37,979 nucleotides of DNA, taken from sequence record SRR22947725_2342; one strand, given 5' to 3'. A program made the translations under genes and the position numbers. The first letter of the stretch is position 1. Every line of letters starts with the position of its first letter. This document shows positions 10,538 through 23,953 of this stretch, one piece after another. Below the pieces are notes generated by a model. It saw only the letters and a program-made list of their open reading frames with translations, had not been told where the DNA came from and ran no database searches.

Positions 10538-10644
10538 CCGAGTTTGAAAAACAGGCTCAGAATTCGCTGTGCGGAGCTTTAGGGCGCCATCCTCGGCCAA
10601 TGAATTCGCTGGTCAGCTGGAAGATTGCTCCCTATGTATAATGC

Positions 10645-11124
10645 ATGGATGTTTTCGTGTTTGTCATTTTGTTGATCACATGTTTTGCCGCTGGTGCAAC
10701 TGGGGCTTTGTTTCAACCAGGTCGCTGGTATCAGGCGCTCAACAAACCGGTCTGGACTCCGCCGAACTGGGCCTTTCCCTTGGCTTGGACAACGATCTAT
10801 TTTTCAGTTTCCTTCGCGGGTGCCCGCGTGGCGGATATGGAGGGAAATGCCATTGCCCTGGCCTTTTGGGCTATGCAGGCCGGCTTCTCGACCCTATGGA
10901 CGCCGGTATTTTTTGGGCTGCGGCGATTGCGTGGAGCGCTATTGGTGATGCTGCCTTTGTGGGTCTCTGTATTGGGAGCCACCTTAGCGATGTTTGAGCT
11001 GGACCGGGCCGCAGGCCTGGCTTTTCTGCCCTATATTCTCTGGGTCACCATAGCGGCTGCATTAAATTACCGGGTTGCACAGCTGAACCCTACGGTTGCG
11101 CCCCGAGACCTATCGGCAGATTAG
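10645..11124 (+). CDS. tspO: Tryptophan-rich sensory protein TspO (CrtK)
   Basis: WYQALNKPVWTPPNWAFPLAWT, WTPVFFG, LPYILWVTIAAALN; 159 aa hydrophobic protein. Confidence 0.95.
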   Translation: MDVFVFVILLITCFAAGATGALFQPGRWYQALNKPVWTPPNWAFPLAWTTIYFSVSFAGARVADMEGNAIALAFWAMQAGFSTLWTPVFFGLRRLRGALLVMLPLWVSVLGATLAMFELDRAAGLAFLPYILWVTIAAALNYRVAQLNPTVAPRDLSAD

Positions 11125-11189
11125 CCTTGTGATGGATCTATGGCCATACCTTGCCATCTGCGGCGCTCCCTTCTCGGCGGGGTTGGTAC

Positions 11190-11789
11190 ATGCCGCATGA
11201 GCCTATCTCCATTTATGTTGTGGATGGCGATCCACGGGCGCTGGACGCCCAAACAGCAGTTTTAAACGCAGAGGGCTATGCCACGATTCCCTGCGGTTCA
11301 GCTGAGCAGTTCTTGAAACTGTTTGATCCAGACCTCAAAGCCTGTGTGGTTATGGAGCTGCATTTGCCTGGGATGTCAGGAAGCGAGCTGCAAGTCTATC
11401 TCGCCTCCAACGGATTGGATATTCCCATTGTGATCCTAACCGCCCATGGCGATGTGCCCAGTGCCGTACAATCGTTACAAGTGGGCGCTGTGGACTTCAT
11501 CGAAAAGCCGTCGCCTCAGTCCCGATTGCTTGAGGCGATAGGCACTGCTTCGGAGCTCATATTTGATCGAGAGCCGAACCGTCTTTCGCAGAAAATTATT
11601 GCACAACGTGTGCGCTCTTTAACGCATCGAGAGCGCGAGGTCTTGGAGCATCTGCTCAAAGGCAAGCTCAACAAGGAGATTGCCGTAGATCTCAATGTGA
11701 GCCAGCGCACAATCGAAGCGCATCGCGCCCGCATACGCGAAAAAACACGGACCCGCGGGATTGTAGATTTGATCCGCATGTTTGGCTAA
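11190..11789 (+). CDS. FixJ/LuxR-family response regulator (REC + HTH) with atypical receiver
   Basis: VVDGD...VVMELHLPGMSG...LTAHGDVPSAV...DFIEKP receiver; LTHREREVL...NKEIAVDLNVSQRTIEAHRARIREK LuxR HTH. ATG 11190 preferred to TTG 11151. Confidence 0.9.
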   Translation: MPHEPISIYVVDGDPRALDAQTAVLNAEGYATIPCGSAEQFLKLFDPDLKACVVMELHLPGMSGSELQVYLASNGLDIPIVILTAHGDVPSAVQSLQVGAVDFIEKPSPQSRLLEAIGTASELIFDREPNRLSQKIIAQRVRSLTHREREVLEHLLKGKLNKEIAVDLNVSQRTIEAHRARIREKTRTRGIVDLIRMFG

Positions 11790-11795
11790 GCGAAG

Positions 11796-11824
11796 TAAGT
11801 ATTACTACCTAAGTATTTTCCCTA
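11796..11824 (+). promoter_or_regulatory. Candidate FixJ/NarL-family binding site
   Basis: Direct repeat TAAGTATT at 11796 and 11810; the second copy continues as GTATTTTCCC (11813-11822). Confidence 0.45.
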
Positions 11825-12154
11825 ATTATGCTGCAGTGTGTTCTGTGCTCTAAAGATTTTACCGATGACGATGGTTTTGATCGGACGTCAACAACGTAAA
11901 CTAACTTCTGCTTAAGAAATGATAGCTTTATGATCTGGCGTTCAGCCTGCGTTTTTACGATAAAGTGAATATTCTGGAGGATAAGACCGAGTTTTAACAT
12001 GGAACCTGCTGTACGGGAGCAGTGCTACAAAGCTGTGTAGCCCCCTTTCGATTCGAACTGATCGGCCCTCTCGCCAAGGGCCCTGTCGCTTCGCAATTCG
12101 ATGCAGTGTGAATACCGGTGTCCATGTGAGTAGCGAGTGATAGGGGACACATGA

Positions 12155-12991
12155 ATGTCGAAACAACAAGGCTCCGCTTCAGGAGTGCAGTCGACCGATG
12201 CCTTCGAATGGGAAGTGTATCACAACAGCGAAACAAATATATTTGAACTCAGCAAAAAGCTGCCGGAAGATTTGGTCGCCAGCCTGGCACGCGAAGTGAT
12301 TTTACGCGTGGCGTCGAGGACTGTGGCGGCGGCGGTGGCCCGTCCGGTGTCGCAAGAGGAGTTGCTGGCATTCAGCACGGCTCTTGCCTCCGATAGTCCC
12401 AAAAGCGCCGCACAGATCATTGCCGCGGAACGCAAGGCTGGTCGTCCGGCAGAAGATATCTACGTCAATTTATTGGCGCCTGCTGCGCGACAATTGGGTG
12501 ATATGTGGGACAGCGATCATATTACATTTGCGCAGGTCACGGTTGGTTCAGGCCGCATTTTTGCGATTATGCGGTCAATGCGGCATATGTTTGAGACCTC
12601 CGCGCCCGCCGAAGGGCCGGCGGTTATTTTCGCCTCCGTGCCAGGGGAGACCCATACGCTTGGGGTTCGTATGGCCGCAGATTTTTTCCGAACTGATGGG
12701 TGGAATATTTCTCTATTGATAGGCTTGTCACACGATGATCTGCTTGCTGAAATCGCACAGATCTCAAGCCGTATGGTGGGCCTGTCTTTCAGCGGGGAAC
12801 ATTCGCTTGAGGCGCTGTCACAGCTGATTGTCGCGCTGCACATTTGCGCGCCGCATCTGTCCATCGTGATTTGCGGCCAAGAGGTAGAAGAGTTTCGACC
12901 TATTTTGGAGCTCATGGGTGTCGACGGGATCGCTGTCACCATGGAGGATGCCAGGGCGCATTTTACGCGTCTGTCACAGGATAAGACGTGA
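12155..12991 (+). CDS. Cobalamin-binding domain protein, second AerR/PpaA-like paralog
   Basis: LLAPAARQLGDMWDSDHITFAQVTVG cap-domain segment and FASVPGETHTLGVRMAADFFRTDGW (ExHxxG), then MVGLSFS; SD AGGGGA. Confidence 0.85.
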   Translation: MSKQQGSASGVQSTDAFEWEVYHNSETNIFELSKKLPEDLVASLAREVILRVASRTVAAAVARPVSQEELLAFSTALASDSPKSAAQIIAAERKAGRPAEDIYVNLLAPAARQLGDMWDSDHITFAQVTVGSGRIFAIMRSMRHMFETSAPAEGPAVIFASVPGETHTLGVRMAADFFRTDGWNISLLIGLSHDDLLAEIAQISSRMVGLSFSGEHSLEALSQLIVALHICAPHLSIVICGQEVEEFRPILELMGVDGIAVTMEDARAHFTRLSQDKT

Positions 12992-13000
12992 ATTAATCGC

Positions 13001-14404
13001 TCACACGAGGTCGTATTTGCGTAACTTCACATAGAGCGATTGCCGCGACAGTCCGAGCATTTCAGCTGCGGCGACGCGGTTGTTCGAGGTCATGCCAATC
13101 GCGGTTTCGATACACATTTTTTCAACCACATCGGTGCTGCGCGCGACAATATCTTTGAGGGACTGGCTGCCAATCAGCTCAACTACAGAATTAATCTCTG
13201 CTTCCGACATTTGACTGGTGGGTGTTGAGATCGCCTCGACCCTGCGTGCGTTGCGCAGGAGCAGAACACAAATTGGCTCACGTTCTGTGCGAATTTGCGT
13301 TGTGGAAATCTCAACAGGGCGCTCGTCCCCATGCTCGTTTAAAACCTTTGTCGAATAGAGCCGCATCTTACCATTGCGGCGGGCGCTTTCCAAAATTACG
13401 TTGAGATCGACCGATCCACGGGAAAAGAACTCGGACATGCTGCGTCCACTCAGGGTTTGCGCATGGGTTACATTGGCCAAAGAGACAAAGGCCTCGTTCA
13501 CACTCAAAATCTGACCGGACATATTTATGAACACAATTGGGTCGACCCCTTTGTGGAAAAAGCTGACCAAATGCGTTGCCAGTTGGTCCACAGGTTCCTG
13601 GGCGGGCTCCTCTGGCTCAATTTTACACAGCAACATTTGCGAGGTTGCGCCACGGAACAATGTGGGGTCGATGCGGTAGGATCGGCCGCCCAGCGCCGAT
13701 TTTGCCAAAATGGCCCCCATGGAGGCATCAGAGGCAGCGGTCACCATTCGGTCGATCAGGCTCGTCAGACCTTCGTCTTCAAATTCCGAGGCGAAGGAGG
13801 CGTCAATCAACTCGTTGCGCGGCCGTCCGAGTAGAATCTCAGCAGCGCTATTGCATGATACAATGGCGCCTGTTTCGAGTGTGATGAACACCGTTGCAAC
13901 GTCGGATGAGTCCATCAAGACTCTGAGCCGGATTTCATGCTCCCGGCGCGCGTCATAGTCGTTTTCAAGAGCGATCTGTGCTTCCACCAGCTGTTGCTGC
14001 ATTTCTGCGACGGGCCGCAAATCCGAACCCAAAAGCAATGTAGATCCGTCCGCTGCGCCGGAATGATAGGTATAGCGAACGGGCAATTCGGCTTGTTGGT
14101 CGGTGGCGCGATGGTTCAACTCAACGGGCCGCACCTCTTTTTGGCCCCTTTGAAACTCGGCAAGCCGGGCCTCAAACTTTGGCACAGATTCCTTGGTGAG
14201 CGTGTCTTTAAACTGCAAACCAGTCCATGGGGTCAAATCCAATTTTGGCGCCAAAAAAGGGCTGGTCACGGTTTGCGTGATCTCGCCATCGCTCGAGATG
14301 ATAAAAGCAAAATCACACAGGCGCGAAATTAAGTCCGCTGTGGCAGATTGATCCAAATTGGGAATAAGGCGATCGGCCCATTCTGTTTTACCATGCGACG
14401 TCAT
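13001..14404 (-). CDS. ppsR: Photosynthesis gene repressor PpsR (CrtJ)
   Basis: PAS-type segments, Q-linker DLRPVAEMQQQLVEAQIALENDY, conserved Cys in VEKMCIETA, Fis-type HTH NNRVAAAEMLGLSRQSLYVKLRKY; ATG 14404 with SD GAAGGA. Confidence 0.96.
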   Translation of the reverse strand: MTSHGKTEWADRLIPNLDQSATADLISRLCDFAFIISSDGEITQTVTSPFLAPKLDLTPWTGLQFKDTLTKESVPKFEARLAEFQRGQKEVRPVELNHRATDQQAELPVRYTYHSGAADGSTLLLGSDLRPVAEMQQQLVEAQIALENDYDARREHEIRLRVLMDSSDVATVFITLETGAIVSCNSAAEILLGRPRNELIDASFASEFEDEGLTSLIDRMVTAASDASMGAILAKSALGGRSYRIDPTLFRGATSQMLLCKIEPEEPAQEPVDQLATHLVSFFHKGVDPIVFINMSGQILSVNEAFVSLANVTHAQTLSGRSMSEFFSRGSVDLNVILESARRNGKMRLYSTKVLNEHGDERPVEISTTQIRTEREPICVLLLRNARRVEAISTPTSQMSEAEINSVVELIGSQSLKDIVARSTDVVEKMCIETAIGMTSNNRVAAAEMLGLSRQSLYVKLRKYDLV

Positions 14405-14485
14405 TTGCAAAAGTCCTTCGTTCAATTTGCATTTCTAGATGCACCCACGTGGCAATCGTACTGTCAAATATCTGGACTTTAACTT

Positions 14486-15259
14486 TCAAAAGCATTGAGC
14501 AACCGCGGCTTTCCAGTCGTTGGTTTTGTAATCTGTTCCCGTAACCGCATCAAGGTTAATTTGAGCGCTCAGAATGCCGCCTCCAAGAATAACCTTTGCT
14601 GTGCTCCAATTACATCTAACATTTGAAATTATTTCAGATAATTTTTCGGCACTGTCGCGTGCTGACGCAGAAATAAACACGCCGTCGAATTGCTCACCTG
14701 CGCCAATCTGATGAACTCGATTGGCGGTGACATCCATCTCCAACTTAACGCGCGCGCCAACACATCTTAGTGTCTTGCCTAGGATAATCGCACCTAATGT
14801 ATGTTGTGTTCCTTCCGGAACGATAATTAACAAACTCAAATTTTTACTCAGGTAATTCACGCCTTCCGGAACCTCTCGTTCTGAAAGACCGTGCACAGCA
14901 ATCTGCAGACGACTCGCACCGAGCGTCATGGCGAAGAAGGAAAGCGCGTCCTCCTCCCAGGCCCGGCCCAATTGGCAGACGGCTGCGGGTATAATCTCTG
15001 AAAATAGGGTAAAGTCCGAAAATCTTGCGGCTTGTAGCTCTTGAATAGCTGTCGAAACGGCTGCGTTTTTCGGATTGAGAGAGGCATCGAACAAGCGTTG
15101 GGCGGCTTGGCTTGTACTGATTGCAGGGGCCATTGGCGCGCGCGCTTCCAGGCCGCTGGCATGACTTAAACTGCTCGCCAAAACCTTAATAGCCACCTGA
15201 GCCACCCGGGCGGCTTCATCCCCTATACTCACTAAATTTGTGTGTTGGTGATGAGTCAC
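14486..15259 (-). CDS. ppaA: PpaA/AerR cobalamin-binding antirepressor at the canonical locus
   Basis: IPAAVCQLGRAWEEDALSF, VPEGTQHTLGA, FDGVFISAS, VILGG; upstream of ppsR and divergent from bchF; GTG start with SD GGAAGG. Confidence 0.85.
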   Translation of the reverse strand: MTHHQHTNLVSIGDEAARVAQVAIKVLASSLSHASGLEARAPMAPAISTSQAAQRLFDASLNPKNAAVSTAIQELQAARFSDFTLFSEIIPAAVCQLGRAWEEDALSFFAMTLGASRLQIAVHGLSEREVPEGVNYLSKNLSLLIIVPEGTQHTLGAIILGKTLRCVGARVKLEMDVTANRVHQIGAGEQFDGVFISASARDSAEKLSEIISNVRCNWSTAKVILGGGILSAQINLDAVTGTDYKTNDWKAAVAQCF

Positions 15260-15345
15260 GATGACCTTCCGAATACTGGCAGTAGGTCACCATGACCTCA
15301 GTCCCTATCAAAGATGACAGAGATGCTCGGGCATTGGGGCGCAAT

Positions 15346-15363
15346 TGTCAATAATTTGTTACA
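15346..15363. promoter_or_regulatory. PpsR box (ppaA/bchF intergenic, site 1)
   Basis: TGT-CAATAATTTGTT-ACA, exact TGT-N12-ACA. Confidence 0.85.
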
Positions 15364-15440
15364 TAATTCGGGAAACCGTCAGTGAAACGCCGTATTTTTG
15401 GGGAAAATAAAAATATTTAGACAAGAATTCTGCCAATAAG

Positions 15441-15458
15441 TGTAAATCAAAGTTGACA
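15441..15458. promoter_or_regulatory. PpsR box (ppaA/bchF intergenic, site 2) overlapping a TTGACA -35 hexamer for bchF
   Basis: TGT-AAATCAAAGTTG-ACA; TTGACA at 15453-15458. Confidence 0.85.
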
Positions 15459-15513
15459 GACTGCGCCGCGCCTGCCAAATTTTGACCAGCCTATTGGCGA
15501 ATTGGAAACCCGA

Positions 15514-18812
<3,299 letters not shown>

Positions 18813-18823
<11 letters not shown>

Positions 18824-21800
18824 GCTGACATATCCTTCGTATAATGTCGTGTTACTGACATTGGACCGCCACGCGGCCGGTCCTGCAGCGCGGGCTTTGC
18901 CCAAGCTGGCAACCGATTTTCCAGGCTTGCAGCTCAAAATACATGCCGCCGCCGAATGGGCCAAAGATCCAGAGGCCTTGGCCTTGGCCAAAGCAGATAT
19001 TGAGACGGCGCATTTGATTGTGTCTTCCGTGCTGTTTCTCGAAGATCACGTGCAGGCCATTTTGCCAGATCTAAAAGCGCGGCGTGCGGCCTGTGATGCT
19101 TTGGTGGGTATAATCGCCGATCAGGAAATTGTGCAGCTGACCAAAATGGGTGAGCTGGACATGATGCGGCCCGCCTCTGGCGTGATTGGGTTCTTGAAGA
19201 AGCTGAAGCCTGCGAAGAAATCTGGCAGCACCGGCGAAGGCCAGGCAAAGATGCTGCGCCGGATTCCCAAAATTCTGAACCTTATTCCTGGTAAGAGTCA
19301 GGATCTGCGGGCGTGGTTTTTGACCATGCAATATTGGCTCGGTGGATCTGACGATAATATTGAAAGCCTCGTGCGCTTTTTGATTTCGCGCTACGCATCC
19401 CGGCCGGAATGGCGCGGTGTTGCGGCCCCGGCGCCTGTCGAATACCCCGAAGTGGGCCTTTATCATCCAGACCTGCCCGGCCACCATATCACCACAGATA
19501 TTGCGGATCTGCCGCAAGAGGGTACAGGCCCAACAATTGGGTTGGCCATGTTGCGCAGTTACATTTTGGCCGGTGATACGGCGCATTTTGACCATGTCAT
19601 TCGGCGTTTTGAAGCGGCGGGGATGCGGGTCATACCGGCCTTTGCTGGAGGGCTCGACAGCCGGCCAGCAATCCAAGCCTATCACATGGGGAAGATCGAT
19701 GCCTTGGTCTCATTGACGGGCTTTTCTTTGGTAGGTGGGCCCGCCTATAATGACAGCGAGGCGGCTGTAGAACTCCTGAGCGCGCTCGATGTGCCCTATA
19801 TCGCCGCGCAGCCCTTGGAATTTCAGACCCTGTCCCAATGGGCCAATGGCGGCCAAGGCTTGAGCCCGATTGAGGCGACAATCCTTGTGGCTTTGCCCGA
19901 AATTGATGGGGCCACAAATCCGACCGTGTTTGCAGGTCGGCACGGGCAGGATGGCTGTGATGGCTGCGCTTACGCCTGCAAAGCGGCGGGCACGGTAAAA
20001 GCCATGGCGCCCTGCCCAGAGCGTATTGATGCGCTGGTCGAAAAAACTCGAAACCTTGCGGTTTTGCGGCGCAAAGAAAACTCTGACAAAAATGTTGGGA
20101 TCGTGCTTTTTGGTTTTCCGCCAAATGCCGGCGCGATTGGCACGGCGGCCTATCTGTCGGTCTTTGAAAGTCTGCATAATACTTTGCAGACAATGGCTGA
20201 AAATGGCTATGATGTGACGCCACCCGAAACGGTTGACGATCTGCGCGAGGTCATCTTGAAGGGCAATGCGTCGATCTATGGGCAGGAGGCCAATGTCGCG
20301 GCCAAAGTCTCAGCCGATTACATCGTGACCCATACGCCCTGGCTACAAGAGATCGAAGAGACCTGGGGCCCTGCGCCAGGGCGCATTCAGTCCAATGGCA
20401 GCGATCTTTACATTCTCGGTGCGCAGTTTGGAAAAGTTTTTGTTGGGGTGCAGCCAACCTTTGGCTATGAGGGCGATCCGATGCGCCTCCTCTTTGAACG
20501 CGGGTTTGCACCCACCCATGCGTTCAGCGCGTTCTATCAATTCATGAAGCATCAGCATAAGGCCGATGTGCTTTTGCATTTTGGCATGCATGGGGCATTG
20601 GAATTTATGCCGGGCAAGCAAAACGGCTGTGGTGGCAAGGATTGGCCAGATCGGCTGATTGGCAATATGCCCAATATCTATCTTTACGCAGCCAATAATC
20701 CCTCAGAGGCAACTTTGGCGAAGCGTCGCAGCAATGCCATTACAATCACCCATCTCACGCCGCCGTTACAGGCCTCTGGTCTTTATCGCGGTCTGGCTGA
20801 TTTAAAAGACAGCCTGAGCAAGTGGCGGGCCCTGCCACCGGGCGATGCGGCCTGCGAGCCTTTGGAGGCGTTGATTGCGGCGCAGGCCGAGATTGTGCAT
20901 CTGGACGGGACAGATTTGAACCGGCTTTGGATTACCCTTTTGGAAACTGAAGACGCTTTGATTCCCGATGGGTTGCATATCATCGGTCAAAAACTGCCCG
21001 CGCATAAAATCGAAACTTTGCTGGATCTGATGAGTTTTGACACGCCACAAGCGCGCCAGGTGGCCAGAGCCCATTTGCAGTCCAGCCAAGAGCTGGATGG
21101 AATGATGCGCGGATTAAATGGCCAATTTATCAAGCCGGTTCCTGGCGGCGATGTCATCCGCGCGCCAGATATTCTGCCGACAGGTCGGAATATTCACGCC
21201 TTTGATCCCTTCCGGATGCCGACGGCTTTTGCCATGCAGGATGGCGCGCAGCAGGCGGAAGAGTTGTTGCGCACGCATGAGGGGTTGCCCAAGACCGTTG
21301 CATTGGTGCTCTGGGGGTCTGACAATATTAAATCCAACGGTGGGCCGATCGCGCAGGCGCTTTCGCTGATGGGCGCAAAGCCGCGGTTTGACGCCAATGG
21401 CCGTTTGTGTGGTGCGGATCTGATCTCGCTTGAACAGCTGGGGCGGGCACGGATTGATGTGGTGATCACCCTCTCGGGTATCTTCCGCGATTTGTTGCCC
21501 CTGCAAACCAAAATGCTGGCCGATGCCGCCTTGCAATGCGCGATGGCCGATGAGCCCTTAGAGATGAATCCCATTCGCGCCCATGCTCTCGAGTTTTCTC
21601 AGGCTCAAAACTGCAGCCTAGAAACAGCCGCGCTGCGGGTCTTTTCTAACGCCGAAGGGGCCTATGGTTCAAATGTGAACCAATTGGTCGACAGCTCCGC
21701 TTTCAAAGACGACAGCGATTTTGCCGATGCCTATCAAGCGCGTAAAAGTTTTGCCTATGGCAAGGATGGCGAAGCCAGTCAGCAATCGCAATTGCTGCAA

Positions 21801-22358
21801 GACACATTGAAGAATGTGGAGCTGGCCTATCAGAACCTTGAATCGGTTGAGCTTGGTGTCACCACAGTGGATCATTATTTTGACACGCTCGGCGGTATTG
21901 CGGCGGCTGTGAAGCGGGCCAAGGGCGGGGTGGAAACGCCTGTTTATATCGGGGATCAAACCCGGGGTGGCGCGCAGGTGCGGACGCTGCGCGAACAGGT
22001 TGCGTTGGAGACCCGCGCGCGCAGTTTAAATCCGAAGTTTTATGAACCGCTCCTGCAGCATGGTCATGAAGGCGTGCGCACGATTGAGGCGCATATTACC
22101 AATACCGTTGGCTGGTCGGCCACGACAGGGAAGGTTGATGAATGGGTGTATCAAGAGCTGTCTGAAACATTTGTTTTGGATGAAGACATGCGCAAACGCC
22201 TGTCTGCTTTGAACCCGCAAGCCTCCATGCGCATGGCAAATCGCCTGCTGGAAGCGTCAGATCGTGCCTATTGGAAACCAGACGAAACCACTTTGGCCGC
22301 GCTGCAAAGTGCCGCGGATGCCATTGAAGATCAACTTGAGGGCATTGCAGCCGAATGA
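18813..22358 (+). CDS. bchH: Magnesium chelatase subunit H
   Basis: [45 protein letters not shown] 18813 overlaps the end of bchB. Confidence 0.97.
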
Positions 22359-22376
22359 CCCAAAACGCAGTTATAG

Positions 22377-23287
<911 letters not shown>

Positions 23288-23288
<1 letters not shown>

Positions 23289-23953
23289 TGACCTATGAAT
23301 CGACCCGCAACACTGTTGAAACCTACTTTGATCGCACCGCGACAAAGACCTGGGAGAGGTTGACCTCAGACGCGCCTGTGTCGGGCATTCGTGCCACTGT
23401 GCGCGCCGGTCGCGACCGGATGAGACAGCTCTTGCGGTCGCAATTGCCTGCGGATTTGCGCGGGGCGCGTGTGTTAGATGCGGGCTGCGGCACAGGGGCT
23501 TTGGCCTTTCAATTGGCCCAGGCTGGCGCCGATGTTGTGGCGGTGGATATCTCGCCGAAGCTCATCACAATCGCCAAGCAGCGCCAACCTGCTCATGTGA
23601 GCGGCACCCTCAAGCTGATGTCCGGAGATATGTTTGACCCTGGCCTGGGGCATTTCGATCATATCGTGGCAATGGACAGTTTGATTTATTACTCGGCTGA
23701 AGACATTGGCGCGACCCTCGACCGGGTGAGTAGCCGGATATTGACAAATATGGTCTTTACGGTTGCGCCGCGCACGCCGCTTTTGATGGCCATGTGGCGG
23801 ATTGGCAAATTGTTTCCACGCAACGATCGCTCGCCGATGATGGTGCCGCATCAAATGGCACAGATCGCCAAATCTACCTCGGGTCAGATCAGGGACATCG
23901 ATCGGGTGGCCTCTGGGTTTTACATCAGCCAAGCGTTGGAATTCCGCCCATGA
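23288..23953 (+). CDS. bchM: Mg-protoporphyrin IX methyltransferase
   Basis: VETYFDRTA, VLDAGCGTG SAM motif, GFYISQALE; TGATG coupling to bchL. Confidence 0.96.

Noticed and set aside
11877-11891. TTGAT-CGGAC-GTCAA as an FNR/FnrL box
   Set aside because: The spacer is 5 nt, whereas the consensus TTGAT-N4-ATCAA needs 4.
11825-12154. Cobalamin riboswitch upstream of the B12-binding gene
   Set aside because: I could not find the conserved B12-box elements (GCCACTG, GGGAAG) by eye; a covariance-model search is needed.
14462-14478. TGTCAAATATCTGGACT as a PpsR autoregulatory box
   Set aside because: The spacing is N11 and the right half is ACT. It is more simply a TTGACA -35 hexamer on the ppsR strand.
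23794-23949. N-terminal extensions of ORF-track calls (lhaA here; also bchN, bchH, acsF, hemA, bciA, ppsR)
   Set aside because: Downstream starts with SD sequences or stop/start coupling fit the known protein N-termini better.
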